A stretch of DNA of 64,000 nucleotides from IMG/VR virus record IMGVR_UViG_3300043409_001877, positions 77,495 to 141,494 of that record, one strand, 5' to 3'. Below the pieces are notes generated by a model, which saw only the letters and a list, made by a program, of their open reading frames with translations, did no database searches and was not told the origin of the DNA. How positions within the stretch are numbered: the stretch's first letter is position 1; every line of letters begins with the position of its first letter. The position numbers were made by a program, and so were the translations under genes. Shown piece after piece: positions 48,185-57,901 of the stretch. This stretch comes from a virus.

Positions 48185-48213
48185 CCCTATAAATAAAATT
48201 ATAGGGCATTTTT
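48183..48213 (+). terminator. Intrinsic terminator overlapping the promoter
   Basis: TGCCCTATAA-ataaaa-TTATAGGGCA-TTTTT immediately before ATG 48214. Confidence 0.7.
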
Positions 48214-49338
48214 ATGAGAAAAATAAACATAAACCTTGAGGGGTATTCGAATATCATCAATCCTGATATTCTTAAAAGAGTAGCAAACAGAAATCATACT
48301 ATGGCTAAAATGCCATATTACGATAAAAAAACAGAACCGACCCAATTACATGAGGAACTTATAACTGAAAGTAGATTCAAGGAGTTATCAGATTCCTATT
48401 CTAATACTTTCAATTCACCAAAGGATAGTATAAATCCAATGATGGTTATGATGCAAGCTGGTGGTAATGGTATGCAAATTATGGATATTGAAAAACCTAA
48501 AAGAAAAGAATTGTGTCGTTTAGTTGAAAAAATAATTAGAAACGACTTCAAGTTGGGTAAAGATGAACTTATTTTTGATTTAGAAATAGTTGATGTCGGT
48601 GGCTGTTCTTTCCCTGAAGAAATGGATACCGATAAAAAAGTGGAAGAGGATTTTGAACAAACTAATGATTTAGATGTTCTTAAGAAAAGAACCATAAACG
48701 CCCTATCTCAAGGAGCCGCATTAAAATCACATTATATTTTTCATTTACACCATAATGAATTTGAAAAATTATGTCCAAGTGTTACACCCATTTATCAGAA
48801 AGCTTTAATAGCTAATGATTTAATATACTTTATGTTAAGCGATGATGATTTAAATGCTCAGTTAGCTTCTGGTGATGATTCAGCGAATGCTGGGTATTGC
48901 AAAATAAATTGGGAAGGTGATGTTCCTGTGTTAGAGGCTAAAGCTATCAGCGCACCAATATTAATTCATGAAATTACCAAATGTATAATTACATTTTTGT
49001 CAATCCCAGGTATCCAAAATATGGATCAAGAGACTATTGATGAAACTGATTTTGTTATGGCTGAACTTTGGGATATTAGATTTGGCCCTACAATTTGGGT
49101 TGAATTTCATGATTGTATTGATATTGATGATTATGATGTGAAAAAATTAATCATTATGGAGCTATTTAAGCTCGAATCTAAGACGTTTATTGACTTTATG
49201 ACTAATGTGTTTAATAATAAAGAAAAAGCCAAGAGAGAGGTTAAAAACATAGTTAAAGATATACGTAGAAAGATTGTTGATTATACTTTTGAACAAGACT
49301 TGGATAATATTGATTTAGGGGATTTGGGTTTATTATAA
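48214..49338 (+). CDS. Hypothetical protein
   Basis: 374-aa ORF with KRTINALSQG, PILIHEITK and E.WDIRFGP. Confidence 0.75.
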   Translation: MRKININLEGYSNIINPDILKRVANRNHTMAKMPYYDKKTEPTQLHEELITESRFKELSDSYSNTFNSPKDSINPMMVMMQAGGNGMQIMDIEKPKRKELCRLVEKIIRNDFKLGKDELIFDLEIVDVGGCSFPEEMDTDKKVEEDFEQTNDLDVLKKRTINALSQGAALKSHYIFHLHHNEFEKLCPSVTPIYQKALIANDLIYFMLSDDDLNAQLASGDDSANAGYCKINWEGDVPVLEAKAISAPILIHEITKCIITFLSIPGIQNMDQETIDETDFVMAELWDIRFGPTIWVEFHDCIDIDDYDVKKLIIMELFKLESKTFIDFMTNVFNNKEKAKREVKNIVKDIRRKIVDYTFEQDLDNIDLGDLGLL

Positions 49339-49347
49339 AATAAAAAC

Positions 49348-49354
49348 TATTTAT
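49348..49354 (+). promoter_or_regulatory. Putative late promoter of the terminase/portal genes
   Basis: TATTTAT 16 nt upstream of the GTG start. Confidence 0.55.
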
Positions 49355-49369
49355 ATGTAAACTTAATTA

Positions 49370-51166
49370 GTGAATATTACAGATAAAAGACAATTATTAG
49401 TCGAATACACAAAATGTGCGAAAGACCCGTCCTATGCTATTGAGAGTTACTTTGAAACTTTCGATAAAACACAGGAGGGGTTTGTTCCATTTAAATTATT
49501 TGATAAACAAAAAACGTTAATAACAAATTACGAAGAAAATAGATTTAATCTAGTTTTAAAATATAGACAAGCTGGTATATCAACAGTTACAGCAGCATAT
49601 GCCGCAGTAAAAACAGCTTTTGCGTTATCAGATAACCCAGAAAGGGTGTTAATTCTAGCCAATAAACAAGAAACCGCTGTTGAATTCTTAAATAAGATTA
49701 CTAGTTTTATAAAACAATTACCAAGCTGGTCTAATGTTTCATTTATCAAAGCTTCTCAAAAACATGTTAAATTATCTAACGGATCTGAACTTAAAGCTGT
49801 AGCAACATCAACAGATGCTTTGCGTGGTTATACACCAACAATGATGATTTTAGATGAGGCTGCCTTTATCGAGGGTGGTCAATCTTTATGGTCAGCTTGT
49901 TTGGCTGCAATTGGTACGGGTGGTAAAGCATTTTTAATTTCAACACCAAATGGTTTAGATGAAATTTATTACGAAGCGTATGAAGGTGCTGTTAGTGCCA
50001 CTAACAAATTCAAAATTACCCATTTAAGATGGTGGCAAGATCCACGTTTTAATAAAGACTTACGTTTGATTAAAACAAACGATATGATTACTTGGATTGA
50101 AAAACCTGAAAAAGAAAAAACGGAAGATGTTATTGAAGGTGCTAACGTATTACATTTTGATGTGATAATGAAATTCATTGAAGATGGTTATAGACCTCAC
50201 TCAACATGGTATGAGAATATGTGTAGGGATATGAATCTTAATAGACGTATGATCAACCAAGAATTAGAATGCGCTTTTATTGGTTCTGGTGATAACGTAA
50301 TTGAAGGTCAGGTATTAAGAAAGCAAGAAGAAATGAACGTACAAGAACCATCATTTAAAGATAAAGAATGGGATAATAACGTTTGGGTTTGGCAAATGCC
50401 ACAAAAAGGTCATAGATATATTTTAGCCCTTGACGTTTCACGTGGCGACTCTGAAGATGCTACTGGTTTGTGTATTATTGATTATGATACCTTTGAACAA
50501 GTATTGGAATATCACGGTAAAGTACCACCCGATATGGCAGCACAAATTGTTGACCATTATGGTAGGATGTACAACGCATTATCGACATTCGACATTACTG
50601 GTGGTATGGGTATTGCAGCGACAAATAAATTAAAAGAATGTGGTTACCCTAAAAATTTATTTCATTATGATAACACAAATGATAATGATGTTTATTTCAT
50701 ACCATCACCAGATGCCACACCAGGTATAAACTTTGCGTCAAAAAATAGAAGGAGTCAGATTATTGCCGCTTTAGAGGAGGCTGTATCTAGAGGTGGTTTT
50801 AAGATTAGAAGTGAAAGATTAATAACCGAATTAAAAAAATTCATTTATAAGAACGGTAGACCTGATCATATGAAAGGTTCTCATGATGACCTTATTATGG
50901 CTTTAGGTATGTGTTTATTTGTTGCCAACACATCATTTAAAAAATTACATGAATCAGATAACATGACAAAAGCCATGTTAGATAGTTGGAAAACAAATAT
51001 AAATTCAGCTCCATTAAAACATGAATATTTATTAGAAGATACAATAAGCGCACAACCAAAAGACGGTAAAATATATAATAAACCGAAAGAATTTCAACAT
51101 AATAACAATAATTTAGAAAATACACGTGACTTTTCGTGGCTTTTTGGTACTATTGGTAAAAGATAA
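49370..51166 (+). CDS. Terminase large subunit (T4 gp17-like)
   Basis: KYRQAGIST, ILDEAAF, ISTPNG, QELECAF, LDVSRG and HDDLIMA. Confidence 0.95.
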   Translation: MNITDKRQLLVEYTKCAKDPSYAIESYFETFDKTQEGFVPFKLFDKQKTLITNYEENRFNLVLKYRQAGISTVTAAYAAVKTAFALSDNPERVLILANKQETAVEFLNKITSFIKQLPSWSNVSFIKASQKHVKLSNGSELKAVATSTDALRGYTPTMMILDEAAFIEGGQSLWSACLAAIGTGGKAFLISTPNGLDEIYYEAYEGAVSATNKFKITHLRWWQDPRFNKDLRLIKTNDMITWIEKPEKEKTEDVIEGANVLHFDVIMKFIEDGYRPHSTWYENMCRDMNLNRRMINQELECAFIGSGDNVIEGQVLRKQEEMNVQEPSFKDKEWDNNVWVWQMPQKGHRYILALDVSRGDSEDATGLCIIDYDTFEQVLEYHGKVPPDMAAQIVDHYGRMYNALSTFDITGGMGIAATNKLKECGYPKNLFHYDNTNDNDVYFIPSPDATPGINFASKNRRSQIIAALEEAVSRGGFKIRSERLITELKKFIYKNGRPDHMKGSHDDLIMALGMCLFVANTSFKKLHESDNMTKAMLDSWKTNINSAPLKHEYLLEDTISAQPKDGKIYNKPKEFQHNNNNLENTRDFSWLFGTIGKR

Positions 51167-51180
51167 TAACATTCATTAAA

Positions 51181-51411
51181 ATGGCGAACAATAAACGAAT
51201 AGTAATATCTAGAATTAGAGCAACGGGCTCCATGAGAAGTGCCCTACCTAACACTAAAAGTATAGACAATATTGATGGTCGAGCTTTAAAAAAAAGTTAT
51301 TGCTCTTATGATAATGATAATGTAACGACCTACGTTCAAAAAAAGGAATGGGTTATAAACTTAAACGATTATTTATTTCCACCATATGTGGAATGTGAAT
51401 ATGTAATGTAA
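51181..51411 (+). CDS. Hypothetical small protein
   Basis: 76-aa ORF filling the terminase-portal gap. Confidence 0.6.
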   Translation: MANNKRIVISRIRATGSMRSALPNTKSIDNIDGRALKKSYCSYDNDNVTTYVQKKEWVINLNDYLFPPYVECEYVM

Positions 51412-51412
51412 T

Positions 51413-53242
51413 ATGGCAGATAAATTAACAGTATTTCAGAGATTAGGTCGTGTATTAGGTGGTGAAGCCAATACTCCGACATATATAATCGATCCTAAAT
51501 CATTTAGTGGTTTAGAAGGGTCTGAATTAGACCAGAAAAAATTAGAAGCCCAACAAAGTTTCTTTTTACAAAATCAGTGGAAAAAAATTGATAATGAACT
51601 TTATCAAAAAGCGGTATACTATGAACCAACAAGAATTGCATCATACTATGACTATGAAGCTATGGAATATACTCCAGAGATTGCTGCTGCTTTAGATATA
51701 TTTGCAGATGAAGCCACAACAGCTGATGAAAGCGGTAAAATTTTAAGAATTTATTCTGAGAGTACTAGAATAAAAAAGGAATTAACTGACTTATTTGAAA
51801 ACGTTGCGGATATTAATACCAACCTAACTAGCTGGGCTAGAAATTTATGTAAATATGGTGATAACTTTGTTTACAATAAAATTGTACCAAAAAAGGGCAT
51901 TGTTGGTGTAAGTCAATTACCCAATGTTGAGATAACTAGAACTGATCCAGGTTTTACACAAGTAACATCATATGATAGTGACGCTAAAGCGCAAGCTACA
52001 AGATTTTTCTGGAAGGATAAAAATATAGATTTCAACTCATTCGAAATATCTCACTTTAGATTATTAGGTGATGATAGAAAACTACCATACGGAACATCTT
52101 TATTAGAAAAAGTAAGAAGAATCTGGAAACAATTATTGTTATCTGAAGATGCGATGTTAGTTTATCGTGTAACAAGAGCCCCAGAAAGACGTGTTTACAA
52201 AATTTTTGTTGGTAACATGGATGATAAAGACGTTGACGCTTATGTTGATAAGATTGCCAATAACTTCAAAAGAGTTAATATGGTTAATTCTAGTAATGGT
52301 CAGCAAGATACTCGTTACAATCCAATGGCTGTGGATCAGGATTATTTTATTCCAGTTAGAGACCCATCTTTAACAATGCCTATTGAAACATTACCTGGCG
52401 CTCAGAACCTATCTGAGATTGCGGATATAGAATACATCCAAAAGAAAATGTTAGCAGCTCTAAGAGTACCTAAAGCGTTTTTAGGTTTTGATGAAGCTAC
52501 TGGTGAAGGTAAAAACTTAGCTATTTTAGATATTCGTTTTGCTAGAGCTGTACACAGAATACAAAAAGCTTTAATTCAGGAGTTAAATAAGATGGCTATT
52601 ATCCATTTATATTTAAAAGGATATGAAGATGATTTAAATAATTTTACATTATCGTTAGTATCACCCTCAACACAAGCTGATATTCTTAAAGTTCAAAACT
52701 GGAAAGAAAAAATACAATTATACAGAGATGCTGTTTCTGATGCTGGTAACGGATATAGTGCAGTTTCAATGACATGGGCTAAGAAAGAAATTTTAGGTAT
52801 GTCTGAGGATGAAATTAAATTAGATGTTCAGAGACAAGCTGTTGAAAAAGCTGGTGCTGAAGAAGTTAAAGTATTAGCTGAAACAATTAAACAAACTGGT
52901 ATGTTCAGAGAGATTTACAAATCTTATAAAATCAACCCAGATAATATGACTAGCGGTGCTGGTGGTGGTAGTGAAGCCACAGAAGCTGGTGGAGCCACTG
53001 GTGGTGGTGATGTTACACCTGGTGGTGATTTAGGTACTGATTTTACAACACCTTTAGAAACAGGTGGTGAACCTGGCGCTGAAGCTCCAGCAACTCCAGA
53101 AATACCTGCGGCTCCAGAACCAACTGGTGGTGAAGAAACTTTAGCTGAAAGGATACAAAGTAACATGGAAAAAAGACGAGGTAGAATAAACGAATCTATA
53201 AATAAAACTATAGTTGACATAGATAATTTACTTAAAGACTAA
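51413..53242 (+). CDS. Portal protein (T4 gp20-like)
   Basis: HFRL, PYGTS, EDAMLVYRVTRAPERRVY, DYFIPVR, IETLPG and ALRVPK. Confidence 0.95.
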   Translation: MADKLTVFQRLGRVLGGEANTPTYIIDPKSFSGLEGSELDQKKLEAQQSFFLQNQWKKIDNELYQKAVYYEPTRIASYYDYEAMEYTPEIAAALDIFADEATTADESGKILRIYSESTRIKKELTDLFENVADINTNLTSWARNLCKYGDNFVYNKIVPKKGIVGVSQLPNVEITRTDPGFTQVTSYDSDAKAQATRFFWKDKNIDFNSFEISHFRLLGDDRKLPYGTSLLEKVRRIWKQLLLSEDAMLVYRVTRAPERRVYKIFVGNMDDKDVDAYVDKIANNFKRVNMVNSSNGQQDTRYNPMAVDQDYFIPVRDPSLTMPIETLPGAQNLSEIADIEYIQKKMLAALRVPKAFLGFDEATGEGKNLAILDIRFARAVHRIQKALIQELNKMAIIHLYLKGYEDDLNNFTLSLVSPSTQADILKVQNWKEKIQLYRDAVSDAGNGYSAVSMTWAKKEILGMSEDEIKLDVQRQAVEKAGAEEVKVLAETIKQTGMFREIYKSYKINPDNMTSGAGGGSEATEAGGATGGGDVTPGGDLGTDFTTPLETGGEPGAEAPATPEIPAAPEPTGGEETLAERIQSNMEKRRGRINESINKTIVDIDNLLKD

Positions 53243-53282
53243 TTTTAGTCTTTTGGTTAATATTTATTTAAAATTAATCATT

Positions 53283-53996
53283 ATGTTTGGTACACTAAAA
53301 AACAATATCTTATCTAAATTAGAAAATACTTACAATGTTAGCGGTGAAAACGCATTCAAAGAAGAATTCTATCAGTACATTAAAGTAATAAAAGAAAATA
53401 AAGACCTTAAAGAATTTTATACTGTGTATGATTTATTCAATCAGGTTAGTTTTGATGATTCTGACATAGCTAAAGAATTTGTTGAAGAGTCTATCAGTTA
53501 TTTAAAAAAGTTTGATAAATCTGATATTAAAAAACTTGAATCATTAACCGAATCAAATGATGTAAATAAAAACACAATTGAATTTAAATTAGATCAGTTA
53601 GTTTTTAATGAAAGCATTGGTTTGAAAGATAAAGCAACATACAAGATTGAATTAATTAAACAACTAACTAAAAAAGATTCAAAATCATCCGATTATAAAG
53701 AAGTTTTCACTACTTTACATAAAAAAATTAATGATAAAGTATCTCAATTAAACCCAGAACAGACAAAAGCCTTAGATCTTTTTATTGAAAATGATAATCA
53801 GAAAATAACAACATATTACAACAATCTAATAAACGAAACCCATTCTGTGGTTGAAGATAAAATACTACAAAGCGAAGATATGGATGTTATTAAAAAACTA
53901 ATTGAGGTTAAAAAAAGATTAGATAATCTAAAGTCCGAATCACCGTCAATAGCTGAAATTGAAAAGATTATAGCGTTAAAAGAATCATTTAGCTAA
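53283..53996 (+). CDS. Hypothetical head-associated protein
   Basis: ATG 53283 (MFGTLKNNI) is preferred because TATTTAT lies at 53261-53267. Confidence 0.7.
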   Translation: MFGTLKNNILSKLENTYNVSGENAFKEEFYQYIKVIKENKDLKEFYTVYDLFNQVSFDDSDIAKEFVEESISYLKKFDKSDIKKLESLTESNDVNKNTIEFKLDQLVFNESIGLKDKATYKIELIKQLTKKDSKSSDYKEVFTTLHKKINDKVSQLNPEQTKALDLFIENDNQKITTYYNNLINETHSVVEDKILQSEDMDVIKKLIEVKKRLDNLKSESPSIAEIEKIIALKESFS

Positions 53997-54073
53997 ATTT
54001 GTTTTTTTAATATTTTTTTATTATTATTATATTAGTTTAACAATAATAAAAATTAAAAAAATATGAGAACAAA

Positions 54074-54499
54074 ATGTTTAGCAAATTCGGTAAAGAGAAG
54101 AAACTCTTCAAAACAGACTCTTTTAGAGTTAAGTACGGCACAATTGATGCCACAAAATTAAATGCAATATATATTGATATTGAATCTTGGATACAACCAC
54201 AAGAAATAGGTAACTTCGATTCTAATATAAGAATGACCAGAAAAAACATAATTACTAAAATAAAAGAAAATTTAGATAGTGACTTTTTTTTAAGTAATTT
54301 TATAGTTGATTTAGACTTAAGATCATCTGGTATGAGTTTAACAAAGAAAAGTTTTATGTTTATTGAAGTAACTGTTTACCCAAAAAGATTTATCAAATTT
54401 AATTCTGAAAATTTAATAAATAAGGTAAAAGAAATAGCTTTAATAACAATAGGTACTGTACAAAATAATAATAATTTCAAATTCTATTCAAAAAAATAA
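54074..54499 (+). CDS. Hypothetical protein
   Basis: 141-aa ORF with YGTID and IVDLDLRSSG; a promoter-like TTTG-N20-TATTATTA sits at 53998. Confidence 0.7.
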   Translation: MFSKFGKEKKLFKTDSFRVKYGTIDATKLNAIYIDIESWIQPQEIGNFDSNIRMTRKNIITKIKENLDSDFFLSNFIVDLDLRSSGMSLTKKSFMFIEVTVYPKRFIKFNSENLINKVKEIALITIGTVQNNNNFKFYSKK

Positions 54500-54500
54500 C

Positions 54501-55430
54501 ATGAATTTAGACTTAGACCCTGAAGATATCTTAGAATCATTACAGAATGACGCTGATCGTGAGCACATTAATAGCATACTACCCACAGTAGAATCTTGGG
54601 TTACATCAAATAACAAAGATTTCTTTTTTAGTTTAAGATGCGTTGATACTATACCATCTGGTTTATATTCAATGACATTTAATGACAATAATGGTTTTGG
54701 ATTATCAAAGATGGATTATAAAAGTGAAGAATTCTTCCATTTACCATCATTACCACACAAAGAAATAATAAAAGACCTTGAAATTTTTTGGAATAATAAA
54801 CAAAAATTTATTGATTATAATTTAAACCCTAAAAGAGGTATTATATTACATGGCGACCCTGGTTGCGGTAAAACATCATTAATATATCTGTTAGTTGAAA
54901 CAATTAAAAAACGTGATGGTATTTCAATTTATTTTGATGTACCAGAAAATTGGGTTGAGATAGCTAAATTAGTTAGAAAAGTAGAGAAAGAGAGACCAAT
55001 TTTATGTATTATTGAGGATATTGATTTAGTTATTTCAAAATATGGCGAAGAAAGTTTTTTAAATTTTTTAGATGGTCTAAATTCAATCACCAATGTTGTT
55101 TATGTTGCAACAACTAATAACTTAGAAAAAATCCCAGATAGAATTAAGGACAGACCGTCTCGTTTTGATAAAAAATATATAATTAAAAAACCAACTGAAG
55201 GTGATAGAAAATTATATTTTGAAACTAGATTACTTGATACTGATAAAAAGAAATATGATCTTAAAAAATTAGTTAAAGACACCAAAGACTTTACTATGGC
55301 TCATTTAAAAGAGGTTTTTATATCATTATATATTTTAGATAACCCATATGATGAAGTTATATCTCGTTTAAAGAAAAGTAAAATCATGGATAACGCCATA
55401 GGATTTGATTTAAATGGTGAAGAAGATTAA
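54501..55430 (+). CDS. AAA+ ATPase
   Basis: GDPGCGKT, IIEDID, LNFLDG, ATTN and RPSRFD. Confidence 0.9.
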   Translation: MNLDLDPEDILESLQNDADREHINSILPTVESWVTSNNKDFFFSLRCVDTIPSGLYSMTFNDNNGFGLSKMDYKSEEFFHLPSLPHKEIIKDLEIFWNNKQKFIDYNLNPKRGIILHGDPGCGKTSLIYLLVETIKKRDGISIYFDVPENWVEIAKLVRKVEKERPILCIIEDIDLVISKYGEESFLNFLDGLNSITNVVYVATTNNLEKIPDRIKDRPSRFDKKYIIKKPTEGDRKLYFETRLLDTDKKKYDLKKLVKDTKDFTMAHLKEVFISLYILDNPYDEVISRLKKSKIMDNAIGFDLNGEED

Positions 55431-55450
55431 CATTTTATCATCTTACGCTA

Positions 55451-55457
55451 TATTTAT
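55451..55457 (+). promoter_or_regulatory. Putative late promoter
   Basis: TATTTAT upstream of the protease gene. Confidence 0.55.
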
Positions 55458-55473
55458 ATAAAAGATATTTTAA

Positions 55474-56187
55474 ATGGCTATAAAGATTTTAAAAGAAAAC
55501 GAAGAAGGTTTTGGTATTATTATTGACCACGATGCTGGCTCAATAAATAAAGAGGTTAATGAGCGTTTAAATGAAGGTACTGTAAGTGGTATATTAGATT
55601 TAACCAAACCAATATACTATTATGCGACATTACAAAAATATGGCGTTGAAAATAGAAACGGTAGAATTTATCCAGAAGGTATATTAAAAAGAGAAGTTGA
55701 GAGATATCGTGATGTTATCAGAAGAAACGCTAGTTTCCATGAATTAGACCATCCACAAGAATCTGTTATATCATTAAAAGGTGGTTCTCCTCATAGAATT
55801 GTTGATATGTTCTGGGAAGGTACTGCTTTAATAGGTAAATTAGAGATATTAGTATCTGAAGGTTATAGAAAAAGCGGTATTATATCATGTGATGGTGATT
55901 TAACAGCTCATTATTTATCATATGGTATGACTCTAGGTATTTCATCTAGAGGTGTTGGTAGTCTTAAAAAGATTAATGGTAAGAATATAGTTCAAGATGA
56001 TTTTGAACTTATTTGTTGGGATGTTGTATCTTCTCCATCAACACCAGGGTCTTATTTATATAAAGATCCTCAGGATTTTTCTAAGTATGATGAGACATTA
56101 AATACCGAACCGACACAATCTACTGAGATACCTGGTGATAAACAGAACGAGTTTATGTCAAAACTTAGCTCTTTTTTAAATAAATAA
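55474..56187 (+). CDS. Prohead protease (T4 gp21-like)
   Basis: NRNGRIYP, ELDHP, GISSRGVGS and D.VSSPSTPG. Confidence 0.93.
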   Translation: MAIKILKENEEGFGIIIDHDAGSINKEVNERLNEGTVSGILDLTKPIYYYATLQKYGVENRNGRIYPEGILKREVERYRDVIRRNASFHELDHPQESVISLKGGSPHRIVDMFWEGTALIGKLEILVSEGYRKSGIISCDGDLTAHYLSYGMTLGISSRGVGSLKKINGKNIVQDDFELICWDVVSSPSTPGSYLYKDPQDFSKYDETLNTEPTQSTEIPGDKQNEFMSKLSSFLNK

Positions 56188-56219
56188 TTTGTTTTTTATA
56201 AAAATAATGATTAGTTTTG
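56188..56219 (+). promoter_or_regulatory. Bacteroidota-type promoter
   Basis: TTTG-N20-TAGTTTTG. Confidence 0.7.
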
Positions 56220-56243
56220 TATCAATATAAAAAAAAATAACTT

Positions 56244-56486
56244 ATGGATTCAAAAAATTTCTATTGGTACACGGTAACGGTACAGTTCGTTGTTGAAGAT
56301 GAACAAACAGGTAAAATTAAAAAAGTAAAAGAACTTTATTTGGTTAAGGCGGCATCTATAACAGACGCTGAAACTCAGGTTGCTAAAGACTTAGACGGTA
56401 ATATGTCTGATTATAGAATCTTAACAGCTAATGAGTCTAAGATCATTAGAATCATTAAACCAGATACCGCTGAGCTTAATGCTTAA
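56244..56486 (+). CDS. DUF4494-like protein
   Basis: WY.V.V..GKIKKVKELYLVKAASITDAE resembles this Bacteroidota family. Confidence 0.65.
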   Translation: MDSKNFYWYTVTVQFVVEDEQTGKIKKVKELYLVKAASITDAETQVAKDLDGNMSDYRILTANESKIIRIIKPDTAELNA

Positions 56487-56520
56487 CGATAAATTAAGTC
56501 TTTTTTAAAAAAACTTTTAT

Positions 56521-56548
56521 AAAAACCTCCTTTTTAGGGGGTTTTTTT
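56521..56548 (+). terminator. Intrinsic terminator
   Basis: AAAAACCTCCT-tttt-AGGGGGTTTTTTT. Confidence 0.75.
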
Positions 56549-56561
56549 ATGCTATTTAATG

Positions 56562-56597
56562 TATTTATTGAACTTTACTATTTTAACTGATATTTAT
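56562..56597 (+). promoter_or_regulatory. Tandem late-promoter motifs for the scaffold/capsid operon
   Basis: TATTTAT at 56562 and 56591. Confidence 0.55.
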
Positions 56598-56640
56598 TGT
56601 TAGTATTATCGACAAAATAATTATTTAAAAAAAATAAGAA

Positions 56641-57861
56641 ATGAGTAAAAATAGCATATTAGCCGACACTCTAGCAGAAATCCAGGGAATTAAAGAGAGC
56701 ATCTCTATGAACGCAAATCACGTTTTAAAGAGTACACTTAAAGAAGACTTAGAAGCTATTGTTAGAAAAGGCTTAAACGAAGCTGAAGAAGATCAGCCAA
56801 ATGATATAGTTGGAGACGAAAATCCAACTGATCAAGTTAGTGATGTTGTTAGTTCAGACGATATGATGTCTGGTGACGCAGGTATTGACCCAACAGCAGG
56901 TATTGATGCAAACGCATCAGCTACCGAAGATGGTGTTGAAGCTGGTGATCCAGAATTAATTGACCTAACAGATAGACCAGATGATGAAGTTATTAAACAT
57001 TATAACCTCATGAGCCCAACTGACGAGATCGAAGTCGTACAAACCCCAAGCGGTGGTATTCAAATTAACATTGAACCTTCAGGTGCAAAAGAAACTGGTG
57101 AAATGCCAGCTGAAATGCCATCTGATATGGAACCTACTGAGCCAACTGGTGAAGAAGGAACTGAAGAAACTGGTGAGATGCCAACTGATATTACCCCTAT
57201 AGAAGGTGGTGAGGATGATGAAGACGAAGTAAAAGAAGCTGTTTATGAAATTGAGATTTCTGAAGAGGAAGAGCAAACTCCAGTTGCGGAAGTAACAAAC
57301 AACAATGCTGAAGAGCATGAAAAAAATGTTGAAGAAGATGTTGCTCATACTCCATCAAAAGCTCACATGAAACACAAAGAACAAGAGTTACATGAAAGTT
57401 TAGTACTTACTAGAAAGAAATTACAAACTTTAATGACTGAGAACAAAAATAAAGCTAAAGAATTAGAAAATGTTAATGCTTTAATTAAGGAATTTAAGAA
57501 TTCAGAATCTGATTATAAATCAGCAATCAAAAATCTTAAAGGTCAATTACAAGAAGTAGCATTATTCACTTCAAATTTAACGTATGCTGTTAAGTTAATG
57601 ACTGAAAACTCAACTACTAAGGATGAAAAATTAGATATCCTTAAAAGATTTGACTCAGCAAAAACTATGACAGAATCGAGAGAAGTTTTCAACAGTTTAG
57701 AAACGTTGTTTAACGCAAGTAAAAACACAGTTGAAAAAACAATTGAAAATAAAATCCTTGAAGCTTCAAAATCTAGCGGTTCAGCTAATTTAAATGAATC
57801 GACAGTTTACCAAAATCCACAAATTTCAAGAATGTTGGATATCATTGGAAAAATTAAATAA
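56641..57861 (+). CDS. Prohead scaffolding/core protein
   Basis: Very acidic low-complexity middle, coiled-coil C-terminus, directly upstream of the major capsid gene. Confidence 0.8.
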   Translation: MSKNSILADTLAEIQGIKESISMNANHVLKSTLKEDLEAIVRKGLNEAEEDQPNDIVGDENPTDQVSDVVSSDDMMSGDAGIDPTAGIDANASATEDGVEAGDPELIDLTDRPDDEVIKHYNLMSPTDEIEVVQTPSGGIQINIEPSGAKETGEMPAEMPSDMEPTEPTGEEGTEETGEMPTDITPIEGGEDDEDEVKEAVYEIEISEEEEQTPVAEVTNNNAEEHEKNVEEDVAHTPSKAHMKHKEQELHESLVLTRKKLQTLMTENKNKAKELENVNALIKEFKNSESDYKSAIKNLKGQLQEVALFTSNLTYAVKLMTENSTTKDEKLDILKRFDSAKTMTESREVFNSLETLFNASKNTVEKTIENKILEASKSSGSANLNESTVYQNPQISRMLDIIGKIK

Positions 57862-57901
57862 TAATAATAAAAAATAAAAACAAACAAAAACAAATACTAA
57901 A

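Noticed and set aside
48024-48260. 78-aa minus-strand ORF
   Set aside because: It crosses a promoter, a terminator and plus-strand genes; the plus-strand 38-aa ORF fits better.
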